Of a DNA stretch of 64,000 bases, positions 40,617 through 52,396 are shown piece after piece. The translations under genes and the position numbers were made by a program. Where the stretch lies: the NCBI GenBank assembly GCA_002633005.1, contig NMRA01000018.1:180291-244290 (forward strand), given 5' to 3'. Within the stretch, counting starts at the first letter, position 1; every line of letters starts with the position of its first letter. This DNA comes from Phoronis australis (lineage: Eukaryota; Animalia; Phoronida). The notes under the pieces are model-generated. The model was not told the DNA's origin. It saw only the letters and a list, made by a program, of their open reading frames with translations, and made no database searches.

Positions 40617-42230
40617 TTATTACTTGGTGAAATGAAATTTCTCCAAGTATGTTGCTTTTTCATAAAATTTGTTTTTTTTTTTACTTAGTGAACTGAGATT
40701 TCTCCAAGTGTGTTGCTTTCTGAGTGCTTTCAGCTTTCCTTCTTTCCTGTTTGCACGTAGCAGATCGCAATTCTTAATGGATCAACCCAAAATTTACACA
40801 CAACATGTGTCTCGTGAATGCATGGCTCAAAGCCTAACATGTTTCATCACACAATTGGATTCAAGAAGGCGGATGTGGCAGCCATTTTGTTTTGGAATTC
40901 AGATTCAAATGCTCATATTTTTTACGTACACGGCTGAGAATCTGTACGATTATTACAGCAGACGTGTACTACATACGTGCCGTAAATCATTTACTTCCGG
41001 TCATTGTGTTTGGGCACCTCGATTTCGGGATAAAAACGTTTTGTCCTGTAAGAGGGCGCATTGTAGAACCAACTGTTTCCTGTGAGTACCTATAATCAAG
41101 TGCTACGTAACCGGAAGTTGTTTTCAAAATGGCGAAACTGACGTATTTTCATCACTTTTCAATCATGCCGTGGTGCCATTTTGAACAGGAAGGGCATAAT
41201 GACATGAGTTTTTGCATGCCAATTCTTTAAGGTATACCCTTTCGAATGAATGGCAACAATTTTTCTCAAACTTAACGTTTTTTAGTTATTTGACTTTCAA
41301 TTTACAAAAAATGCAAAAATTGAAATTTTTCGCAACTTTTGTGAAATTTTGTGAAACTACTTTGATTGATTGAGTTGTGAACCGGCTTGTAGAAGATGTT
41401 TACCATTTTCCCTAGAGCATCTTTTTTTGAACTTTTCAGGATTTTCTGACGATGCTGTTCCTTTGTCTGATTTTGGCTGCACTTTTATTGGTTTTGTTTC
41501 TTTGTTCACGTGCTACAGATCGCAATTCTTATTGGATCAACGTGAAATTTACACACAGCATGTGTTTCGTGAATGGCTTGGAGCCTATTGTCATTGGTTG
41601 AAATCGGATACAAGATGGCGCTGTGGCACCATAGCTCCACTGTTTCTGGTTGGATTTTTCCGATTTTACTTCCTGTGGATAGATCACTTCAAGGGCTAAT
41701 GCAATTGTTGCATTCGTTTTTCTATAGTTCTTACCATACTTGAGTTATTTGAGATTTTCCGAGGACTGGTCTCAAAATAACTTAGGTTTTTCACCGTATC
41801 TTCGGCATCTCTTGACGTATCGGTCTGAAATGTGGTATGTGGATAAATCTTTTCAAGCGCCATCAGCACTGTGAAACCCGTTTCATCCAACGACTTACAA
41901 TTCTTGCGACATTCGTGATTTACTGCTCAGACGACTGTTCTTTTGTTGACTAGTTAATTACAGCTGCACTTTATCATATCTGTGCTAGAGATCGCAGTTT
42001 TCATCTGATCGACTTGAAATTTACGTACAGTGTTTTCCCAGTCAATAGCCCGAGGACATTTGGCCTTGGGCGAAATCTGACGCTGTGACAGCCATTTTTC
42101 GAATTATGCTTCCGGAGTTAGAGCTCCCTTGACTGAAACTTCTCAAATTTGGTACATAAACAGATCTCCTTATGGGCAATCTACATACCTTAATGTAATA
42201 AGCATCGGTGTCATGATTATTTTAGTTCTT
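40617..42230 (+). mobile_element. Helentron/HINE-like element, degenerate; right boundary approximate
   Basis: 5' ttattacttggtgaaat..atttctccaagta hairpin, duplicated at ~40680. Recurring block agatcgcaattctt..ggatcaac..aaatttacacac at ~40762, ~41517 and ~41988. Confidence 0.5.
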
Positions 42231-43223
42231 GGTTTCCTCCTTGATTCAATGGGTTAAAAGCCCAGCTGTCCAAGAATCCCAACAAAAGGGCCACATTAAG
42301 GAAAAAACTGAAGTTTTCGGAACAAAACCTTGCCAATAAGGGTGACTTTGCCGCAGAAGCTCCCTGCCAATGGGTCCATTTTCGTGTTTGTGGGTGGTTA
42401 CACTAAATTATCTGCAGCAGACATCAAAAACACACTCCGAGGTACCCCCAAGGGAAACCACCAGTTCACAATAAATCAATTTGAATTAAGAGGTTGAATT
42501 TCATATCAGTGTACCTTAAGACTGTTTGGGAACATAAGGAGATTTGCAATCAGTTTTAATGGCAAAGACGAAGATAACCACAATAATATTTACAAACATT
42601 GACATGATTTCTCAAGCGATAGAAGTCTAAATACTTCCAGAATAGATGTGATGGCTATTTACAAGTCAACATTACATAAAAGCATTAACAAAAATCCATA
42701 ACAGCCTTCTAGCACTTGCTCTCTCCTGGCAAAAACTTCTTAAGCTGTATTAGCAGTTACAAGCGCACATAATACGTTATTTGGGATTATACAAGCACAT
42801 GGCTCTAAATATGCACATTGATGTATAAACAGTAGTAATAGTCGAGATTTCAATCTAACTCAAAATATCAAGAACCAAGAATTACGGCACTGTTACAACA
42901 ACCTCATTTTCAGAGCATCGGAGGGGGGAGGGAGAGGTGGGACGGTAACGTGCTTTGGGAAATTTGCAAAACTTTTAGGCTTGACCAACAAAAAATATTG
43001 ACATTTCATGAGTGGTCAGAAATAGACAGCCAAATTTTAAAATGTTACATTTATGGAATTGACTATGATATGGATTGTTTTGATATAAACCCATAATTGT
43101 TTACTGAAACATGTCAAAACATCGTATTTGTAAAGCACACCTGTGCTGCTTTTAATATAGTCAGAATTCAGTGTTGATTTTGACATGTCATAATTCAAAT
43201 AGTAACCAAACCTTAAAACTGGT

Positions 43224-43770
43224 CTACAATACAAGATTTGGAACTGTTTTGGTGGGATCACATAGTAAAATATTGGGACTGTGATTTACAGGCTCTGGGC
43301 TGGAGACAACACCAGCACAGGGCAAATCACTGCTAGTTCCCGGAATTGTACGCTCTGGAGTACGTTTGGAGGCACGGGCGATAGTAGGTGAAGTGCCTCT
43401 AGTCACTGTAGAGGCCACAGCTCGCGAGGCAACTAGCTTCAAAACTGCACTTCTCGGGGGTGGCGAAGGGGCATTATCAGGAATCAACAGTGACAGTATG
43501 GCACCCTTCTTCAGACGTTGTTTTGCAGGAACCTTCATCAATTCCGCGTACATATCTCTTTCGTAATCCAACAGCAGAAAATGCTTGCCACACACTCGGT
43601 AATTCTCCACTGCTTTGCACGTTGTGTGGACAGTATTACCCTGCGTTCTTCACCGTCGAATGGGCCACGTACGGCGGAGCGTGTCATCTTTCGGAAAGCG
43701 GCGTAATGGCATACCCAAAGTGCGCAAGACAATAATGAGTACGCCGCAGTATGCAGCAACCGTGCGGCAT
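43224..43770 (-). pseudogene. Decayed THAP zinc-finger ORF of a DNA transposon (possibly Kolobok)
   Basis: In one frame: AAYCGV...LRRFPKDDTLRRTW..*..NYRVCGKHFLLLDYERDMYAELMKVPAKQRLKKGAILSL, containing the THAP FP, W, CxxHF and LKxGAVP-like motifs. In-frame stop at 43650 and a frameshift near the ATG. A TTAA|AGGAGAAGG-type terminus lies at 44031-44035. Confidence 0.8.
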
Positions 43771-44974
43771 GTTGACCGACTTGTAAACAAATGTAAACGA
43801 CAACTTAACTTATCAAAACCGAGGTAAAACAATGACTGACTCGACAGGTCACAGTCAGACTATAAGAAAACAAAAAACGGGAAATTCTTAACCCCTTAAA
43901 CGTCACTTCCTGAGTAAGGTACGACTAATTAATAAAATTATGGGAAGCCATTATTAACTGAAACAAATGTCTGGGATAATTAACGAACCGTACTTTTACT
44001 AAAATTGACATGAAAAATGTTGCCTTCTCCTTTAAGCATAGAAGTTATGTAGGATGTCATCGCCAAGTCTGTATATTTAGCAAATCAACATGCAAAACTA
44101 TAGAATGTCACTCATTGAAACAAAATATTTTCTGAAATTAGAAAGCCTGTAAAATTTGATTTTTGGCTTTAATTGTGTCACATAACCATGTCTTTGTAGC
44201 AAATATATGAAAAAGAAAGGCTCATTGATAGCAAAACTATAGTATCAATAACAAAAGCAAATTTTGTTTAATAATGTAAATGTTTAGGATAAAATCTCAA
44301 AAATGCTGTTTGTTTTCTAAATTATTTTGTTTTGCCTTGTGCATTTTTTGAATTTTTTCATGAAAATCACAGCCCCTCGCAACAAACTGGAAGATTTTTC
44401 CACGAGGAGCTATAAAAAAAAGACGTTTATGACTTTCATGAAAAAATTATTTAAAGTTGCATAAACCGAAAATTAAGTGATATTTAAGAAGATTGTAACA
44501 GCATTTTTGAGCTCTCACTTTAAATTTTATTTCAATAAACTTTGATCGTGTAATTGGTACGATTGTACCGCTATCAAAATACCTTTTTTAATTCTTTTTT
44601 GTTAAATTTTAATAAAACGACATCATGATACCACTCAATTGTTAAAAGCTTGGTAAAACAGGTAAAACATCAGAAACAAAATTCTGCAGGCTTTCTACTT
44701 TCAGTAAATATAATACTTTTACCGAGTTAAAATGTACAATTTTGTAGACATATGAGTAAATACACAAACCTGTCACTGAGGTGTGATAAGAAAATGTACC
44801 TGAAAAGTGCTCCGCGAGGTCACACTCCAAATGGAGAAATGAAATAACGCAGATGTTACTCATCAATGAACACAAGCAACTTAATTGTATTATCTGAGAG
44901 ACTGAGCATCAGAGGGCGTTGTTGGAATTTATACTTCAAAAATTACACTTACAAAACAATGACTATACACCTTA

Positions 44975-45145
44975 ATCAGTCACCATTTTAAAAGTGAGCC
45001 TCTTTTTAGGTTTTAAAAACAATGCATTCTGAGTTTAATCACCGTGCAAAGCATGATTTTTTGCATGCCTCGTAGCATTGATGGCTCAAATGCATTGTTT
45101 TTAAACCTAAACAGAGGCTCACTATTAAAATGCAACTGCTTGAAT
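44975..45145. mobile_element. Palindromic MITE
   Basis: cattttaaaagtgagcctctttttaggttttaaaaacaatgcatt ... aatgcattgtttttaaacctaaacagaggctcactattaaaatg. Confidence 0.75.
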
Positions 45146-46922
45146 AAAAGCTATACTGGTTTTCAAAGAATAGTGCTCGACTACGCCAGCAGGGTACAGT
45201 AAATTACAGTCAAAAAGACACCTGCAGGATGCAGTGAACTACAACCAAAAAGATAAATGGCAGTGTCCCCATGTTCAACCATCAATTCACAAGTAAAAAC
45301 AAACAAAGAAATAAAACTACTGAGTCAATTTGATTATCAAATCAAACAAATAAGTGTACAAAAACGTGTAAATAACATAAAATCCCATAGAAGGAAAGGT
45401 ACCCTGTAGGTTAACCAAATTTACATAGCTCTGTGTCTGTACAGTGAAGTCCAAAAGTAAAGGCAGGCTAAAAATGTACCTGAGTAAGACTTGAAAATCC
45501 CAATGAACTTGCAACACTAGATTGGAGAAAAGATTGTGAAACAGGAATGGACGAACAAGAGTGATGGAGATCTAAATCAAATTTTACTCTGAGTATGCTA
45601 GTAAGAATGACTAGTTGTCACATTTTAATTAGCTGCCTCGCGTGTTGGGGAAATTGTTTGGAAACCAAAAAAATGATTTTAGTCATAATGCAGTTCAACA
45701 TACCATACATGCTCATTCTAATTGATCGAGGGATGTGACTTTTTGACCGAACTCATTAACTAAAATTTATTTTAGATATTTACATTCAGCAGTTTTATGG
45801 TTTCATCACTATTAACTACAGTAATTTATACAGCAGAATCTCGCCAATTTCAGACAAATACTAAAAACTGGTCTTTTTTCTTTTTTCAAAGCGTTCTCAC
45901 AATGTCAGGAATATCCACTATTGGTCAAAACAACATCTGAAGGCAGTTATGTTACAAAATATGAAACCTAAAAAACAATCATTTTCCGCCACCAATATAT
46001 TTACAAAAAATGAAAAACTAAAATTTCACTTGTCCACCATGCTTTGGTGAGACTTAACTGTAGTTGTTTCATCGTCAACAACAATGAACTTTTCACCTCT
46101 CCTAATGTTGCTATTGACTCCCATTAAAGAAATTAGGATGTTTGGTTTAAAGTGGCTAAAACCTACCTTTGGCCATCAAAAAAGAACTTGAATATCAAAC
46201 TGTTAGTTCTCAAGCACAAGAATCCTCTCTAATCTGAATATAGAACATTTAAAACAGTAAGTGTCCTAAATCAAAAGTTATTTTTACAGAAGGAGGGTTT
46301 ATTGCCACTCTAAGTTGAGTCAAGACTGACATTTGCCCCCGCTCAATTTCCAAGTGGAACAAGGTGATCAGGCACAACTGACTGAGTGAACAACCTGGTG
46401 CGACTTGTCAACTTACCCCACCACTTCGAGGTGCGACAAGTTGCACCCGATCAACTATCCCCAATGCAAGTGCCCACGTGAACACAAGGGGTGTCACAAC
46501 AGACATGGTAGGCAGTAAACATCAGCTATGGGCTAGAGCAGCCAGGCAAGTGCACTCACTTTGGTGATACGGAGGCACTTAGACACCAGTGGTAGGTTTG
46601 TCCTGTGCACACTCAGCAGTACCAGGGAGGGGTACTAGTTGCCCCTGGGGTAAACTACCCGTCTAGATACAGCTCCAGTCAATGCACTGCTATACAAGCT
46701 GATCTCAACTTGTTCCCCACTCAAACAAGAAGTATTTACGGAGCTTAGAAAGGATAGGTGAATATAGCTGGAGACAAATGCTGGCCGCATAAAATGACCG
46801 GACTTGGCCATGACAAGCCAATTTACCAAGCTCAGTTTCAAGCAACAATAATCTGGCAGTGTCATCACCTTGTACTCTGTGATGGCATTACTGCGTCATT
46901 TTATCTTCACTTGAGAATGAAA

Positions 46923-47105
46923 CAAGTATGTTTCCAAATATCGTGTGTCTTTTAATTATGTCTCTAGGTCAGTTACTGTATCTATGTTCAGTTGAGAGTA
47001 GAGTTTTGTTTCGAAAGTACGAACGTTACGGAATAAAGACTGTGAACAATGAAAAGTGTCGTGCGTTTAACAAATTCTGTATAACCGAAAACTTGCTCCC
47101 GAAGT
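46923..47105 (+). repeat. Second copy of the 6530-6695 repeat, without the inverted arm
   Basis: Direct high-identity match (caagtatgtttc...aaacttgctcccgaagta). Confidence 0.8.
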
Positions 47106-50100
47106 AAAACCATAGTACCTGAAACTTTTATGTGAATCTAATTACCCATTTCTGAGATACGATGTTCCGAATTTAGCCAACATTGGACGTTTTTTTCTGG
47201 AGTCCTTCAAAACCTTAATGGAAGGCGGGTTTGGAACAACCTTCTTTCAACTTTCACGACTATGGTGTACAGCGAAGTGGAAAAGTGGGATATATGGTAG
47301 ATTATGAAATTCATCAATACACAATTTTAGTTCTGATTATCAGCATAATTTGCACAGTACATCTCCTCTAGCCATTTCTTTAGTATTTGCAGCAACTTAG
47401 TGAGACATGAAAAATGGGAAAATGGCCCTTGAAACAATCACTATTGTCTGAAACTGAAACATTTTACAGTTGATAAGTAATGACAAATCCTTCTGATTTC
47501 CAGTTACCGATGGTTTAGGATCAAATTGAACAAAACCCTAAGAAAGCATTCTAGCAGAACCTAACACAGGTGTCAGATGAGCAGTCTCATTAAAATCGTC
47601 ATCACTTTTGACACCCTATACAGTCTAGAGTCATCCCCAGTGTGAGATGTTATTCGTTGTGCTTTGGTTTGGCTTTCACAAGACGTGAAATTAAAGGCAT
47701 CTAATAAAATCAATGAAAAATCAACTTGAATTACAAAAATGAGATGAAATCTTGATAGCAAAAGCAAACCGATTCCTATTACACAAATACTGCGGACTTT
47801 TCATTGCACTGTTTAAGTTAAAACTAGAACGTTAGTTGAGCAGAAACTGAAAGAAACATGTTAACCATTCCAACTTTGAAGTTCATGGTCACTGCGTTTT
47901 CCAGAATTTTTCGAGGACAGATATTCTACCTATCAAATACAAATAAGTGAAATAAAATTACAACCTGAAAGATATTGAATGCCATGGCAGCAAAAGCACA
48001 GATCCACTTGTTACCAGCATTGGAAATAACCTCCGAGATTATTCAATCCAAAACAGTTCTAAGCCGTCGACTCATACATATGCTTTTCATCCAAAGCTGA
48101 TGAACTCTCGTTAAATCAAATCAGTTGTGCATACACAACCTCGATTAATGTCAATTAAACAAGAACTACGATATTTTCTTTTAAAGTACGCTGAATCCAA
48201 GCCACAAAACATGACAGTGATCATAGTAATTCAACAAAAATTAACTCAAGTCGCAAAAATGGAAGAGTGTGTTATCGCGTAGCATTGACATGCAGCGCTG
48301 TTTTATGGAGCGTGTCGTTAGTTTCTATGAACAATAAACTTTATAATTTAATCAAGGGACAATTGATTGATTCACAAGGAAATTGACTAACAAGACATAC
48401 GCCAATCGTTAATGGCAACGATAAATCAAACTAAACAGTCATTTGCACAAAAATCAAGTAATTTGGTAACACGAAATGTGCAGTTATGGTTGCAACAGCT
48501 TCAATATTTATGAAGTGCAAAACACCACAATAACCATTTAATGAATGTGTGTATGTCCAAAAGTCCAGGTGTAATCATAAGTAAACTAATCTACCACCAG
48601 GGGTCAGAGTAGTACAGTCGTGGTCAATAAATTCTCTTTAATACACCACACAATAGGGTGGACACATGGAATTCTATTTTGTCAAAAGCTTGGGAAATTT
48701 GACATCACTGTACTGTACAGTTATCACAAAACAAAAGTAGCACATATCTTGATATTTTAGCATTAAAAGATTTTGACAACCGAAAAACTTCAATGTTCAT
48801 TAGAAAATACGGGATCAGTATACGGTAGCACCTTATCATAGCACCCTACAAATATCAACTAAGTCATTTCAACATGATTAAGTCCCATTCAGTGTTAATG
48901 AGATGGACCTGAAATCGCAAATTCCAAACAATTAGCGACCACCAATTGTAATTTAAAGCTACATCTCACCCTGTTGAGCTGGCTCAAATAAGTAAAATCA
49001 AATTACGGCTTTTACTCTCACAAACTTGGTCTCTTAATATTCCATACCATTTTAGGAATATATTTCCAATACCAACTCAGGTCACAGGCAAAGCGTACTT
49101 GTTGTAACTGTCTCATTTAGGATGGGCGCATATCATTTCCCAGTACTATGAGAGGCAGCACTGTGGACTGATCTTGTATGAGAACGAAGTAAAATTCATA
49201 AGAAAGTAACATTCTAACATCCCGACAGTCACCTGACCTCTCATCAGCAAAGTCAGTAGTCCAAAATGTCTGTTCAGGAAGTGATTCTAAGTTTGCTAGG
49301 AGGGGAATTTTTGGGCTTGATGAAGGGAACTTCATAGAGGAATGGGGACAATATTTGATTACAAAATCAAGGCATCGAGGGACCTGGGGGTTGAAAAATA
49401 GATCAGTATACTGCTCCACCTATTGAGAAATGCCTCTAGTGGCTTGCTTTGCTTCAACTATGAGAACAAACTGAATCGATGAATTACACAGAAGTTTGCA
49501 TTTCTTTGCACATTCAAGACCATAAAATGTGTCAAAACACAAAACTATTCACTCTATTTTTCCGGCTAAGTCCCCAATCATATACGACAACACAAATCTA
49601 AACCAAGACATGCGCACTGATGCCCACACATGGAATTCCATGTGTACTTCATCATCATTCCAGAGGGCCACATTTCCATATAGGTGGCGCTGTGGCAGAG
49701 GATATAGACATGCCTATTGATAAAGAAACGCACGGCGCAAGAACCACATACCAAATAACTGTTAAATGTACTAAGCACATACCAGATGCAGCTTTAACAT
49801 TACAAAAAACAGTGACGCAACATTCTTCGGCAAATAATTCAGCACACGCTTTTAATGGGTTTAAAAATAGTATTTTACTGTTAATATCTAAATTACTCAC
49901 TTGTTTGGCATGCCACCATTACGGTAAAATATTTCCAGTTTATTATAGTGAAACGGCCTCTCACAATGGAATTGAGTTATGCATCAGATTGATTGAAAAT
50001 CAAAAATATTTTGATGTCCAATCATGCCAACTGGTCAGTAGATAAAAACAATAACAATAATAAAAATTCCAGCGAATTTCATTTTAAAAGCACAAGCACG

Positions 50101-50329
50101 GACTAAATGCAATAAGATTGTTCAAAGTTTTATCATTCCCTTTCATATTCCTTTAAATCATCCCCATGCACATTGAAGTAAATACCAGGTGATTCACTCT
50201 GGAAAACACCGTATTTTTTGGTAAAACTTGCCTGTTCTAAACAAGGAATCAAATAAAGAGTTTAACAAATACTAGCCCGGGACTCTGACCGCTAAGCTAG
50301 CAAGACCGTGCAGGAAACAGGTGATATAC

Positions 50330-50575
50330 CTTTGTAGACAATGCCTGGTCAACCACGTCCACTGACTGTTCACTCTCAACACTAGTTTCTCTCACGGCCA
50401 GCAAGGCTTGCTGATCCATTGACATGCTGTCCCCCGACATGGCACTATTACGATTGCGGTTATCTGTCCGTGTCGTAAGGCTATAACCAAAGCCCTGGCC
50501 TTCATAGCTAGCAAGATCCGCTCTCTCCAGAATGGCCTCTTGAATGAGGCTGATTCTTGGGCTGGGGTGTGACAT
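50330..50575 (-). CDS. Coding part of the ATG-containing exon (82 aa, MSHPSPRISL...ALSTK), probably the adenylyl cyclase N-terminus; copy 1
   Basis: ATG at 50575; donor AAG|gtatat at 50329; acceptor tttatttatttcacacag| at 50804 (whole exon 50330-50803). Phase 0 matches the 9284 acceptor. Versus copy 2 there are 3 synonymous changes and 1 nonsynonymous change. Confidence 0.7.
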
Positions 50576-50983
50576 TGCGAATCACACAGCACAGATAGGT
50601 TCTGAAAAGATACACACGCTGAAAAGTCTTGCTACGCAGAAGTTGGGCCTGCTTAAGTTACGAAAATTTCAGCTCAACTCGGACAAAGGTCCATGGAAAA
50701 GTTGTTCAAGATCATCACTCGGTACTTAATTTAGATGTCACCTTTTGTCTTAGCTTCCTTAAGTTTTATTATCATTATTGTATTTCTTGGAAATTTTGGA
50801 CACCTGTGTGAAATAAATAAAAAATGCTGGCCAGTAAAGAATCGCATCAATTAGTAATGGAAATTGTTCAATACTAAATTTACCTAATTTCTGTGCTTGA
50901 ACTCGTNACACGCTTTTAATGAGTTTAAATATAGTATTTTACTGTTAATATCTAAGTTACTCACTTGTTTGGCATGCCACCAT

Positions 50984-51151
50984 TACGGTAAAATATTTCC
51001 AGTTTATTATAGTGAAAAATTAATAATTTTCCTCAAGGTTGGACCTCATATCAAATTTTAAAAATTGGCAATATTGGCAGTTTGAAATTTTAACTTGAAT
51101 TTCAGAGTCCCAAATTTTATAGATTGCCCCAAATTGGAATTTTTTACCATG
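50984..51151. mobile_element. Degenerate MITE of the 8782-9079 family
   Basis: tacggtaaaatatttccagttt ... aaattggaattttttaccatg; truncated by a deletion in the copy at ~49920. Confidence 0.55.
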
Positions 51152-52150
51152 TCTTTAAAACACAAGGTTAAGCAAAACTCACAGAATTATGTTGAAGCTT
51201 AAGAAGAATCCCTTCCCTTGTTTTTTTTCAAAGCCTCTTAAAATAAACTGCAACACAAATCAAAGTAGACTAAAATATTCATTTTCGAATGTCTCGGTGA
51301 AAAAAAGAGTACAGCTGTGTCAGCACTTTACATGTGATCTCTCCTGAGAATGTGGTAGTGATTGCATGAAAGAAAAAATTTGGGGGTAGGGAGGTCAAAG
51401 AAGCAGTAGAGATCCTGCGAGAAAAGCCTGGCCTGAACAGCGACCACAGCTATGATCTTCGATGAGCAATGTCTGCACTCTGTAGGGAGTGTTTGCTACT
51501 AAGATAGAACACAGATGAACATTTGTGACGAGTTTGGAATTTTTATTGTGGAGAACACTGTCTACAGACCTGGCCACCTGAGTGACAGCCTACCTGGTCC
51601 ATAATCCAAAATGGCTGTAACAATCTTAGGCTGTTAAAGGACTATAAACTGGAACGCTATTAAGCTTGTTCATCAAGACAGTGAAAAAATGACGGTAAAC
51701 AAACGTTTCGCAATTCACTGAACGAAGACTTATAGTTTGCTCTGGAATTTTGACGTAGGCTACTTGGGACGGCCTCTCACAATGGAATTGAGTTATGCAT
51801 CAGACTGATTGAAAATCAAAAATATTTTGATGTCCAATCCTGCCAACTGGTCAGTAGATAAAAACAATAACAATAATAAAAATTCCAGCGAATTTCATTT
51901 TATAAGCACAAGCACTGACTAAATGCAATAAGATTGTTCAGTTTTATCGTTCCCTTTCATATTCCTTTAAATCATCCCCATGCACATTGAAGTAAATACC
52001 AGGTGATTCACTCTGGAAAACACCGTATTTTTTGGAAAAACTTGCCTGTTCTAAACAAGGAATCAAATAAAGAGTTTAACAAATACTAGCCCGGGACTCT
52101 GACCGCTAAGCTAGCAAAGACCATGCAGGAAACAGGTGATATATAATTAC

Positions 52151-52396
52151 CTTTGTAGACAATGCATGGTCAACCACGTCCACTGACTGTTCACTCTCAA
52201 CACTAGTTTCTCTCACGGCCAGCAAGGCTTGCTGATCCATTGACATGCTGTCCCCCGACATGGCACTATTGCGATTGCGGTTATCCGTTCGTGTCGTAAG
52301 GCTATAACCAAAGCCCTGGCCTTCATAGCTAGCAAGATCCGCTCTCTCCAGAATGGCCTCTTGAATGAGGCTGATTCTTGGGCTGGGGTGTGACAT
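52151..52396 (-). CDS. Second (allelic/duplicated) copy of the ATG exon
   Basis: Near-identical to 50330-50575; donor AAG|gtaatt at 52150; acceptor at 52625; one Q->H change. Confidence 0.65.
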
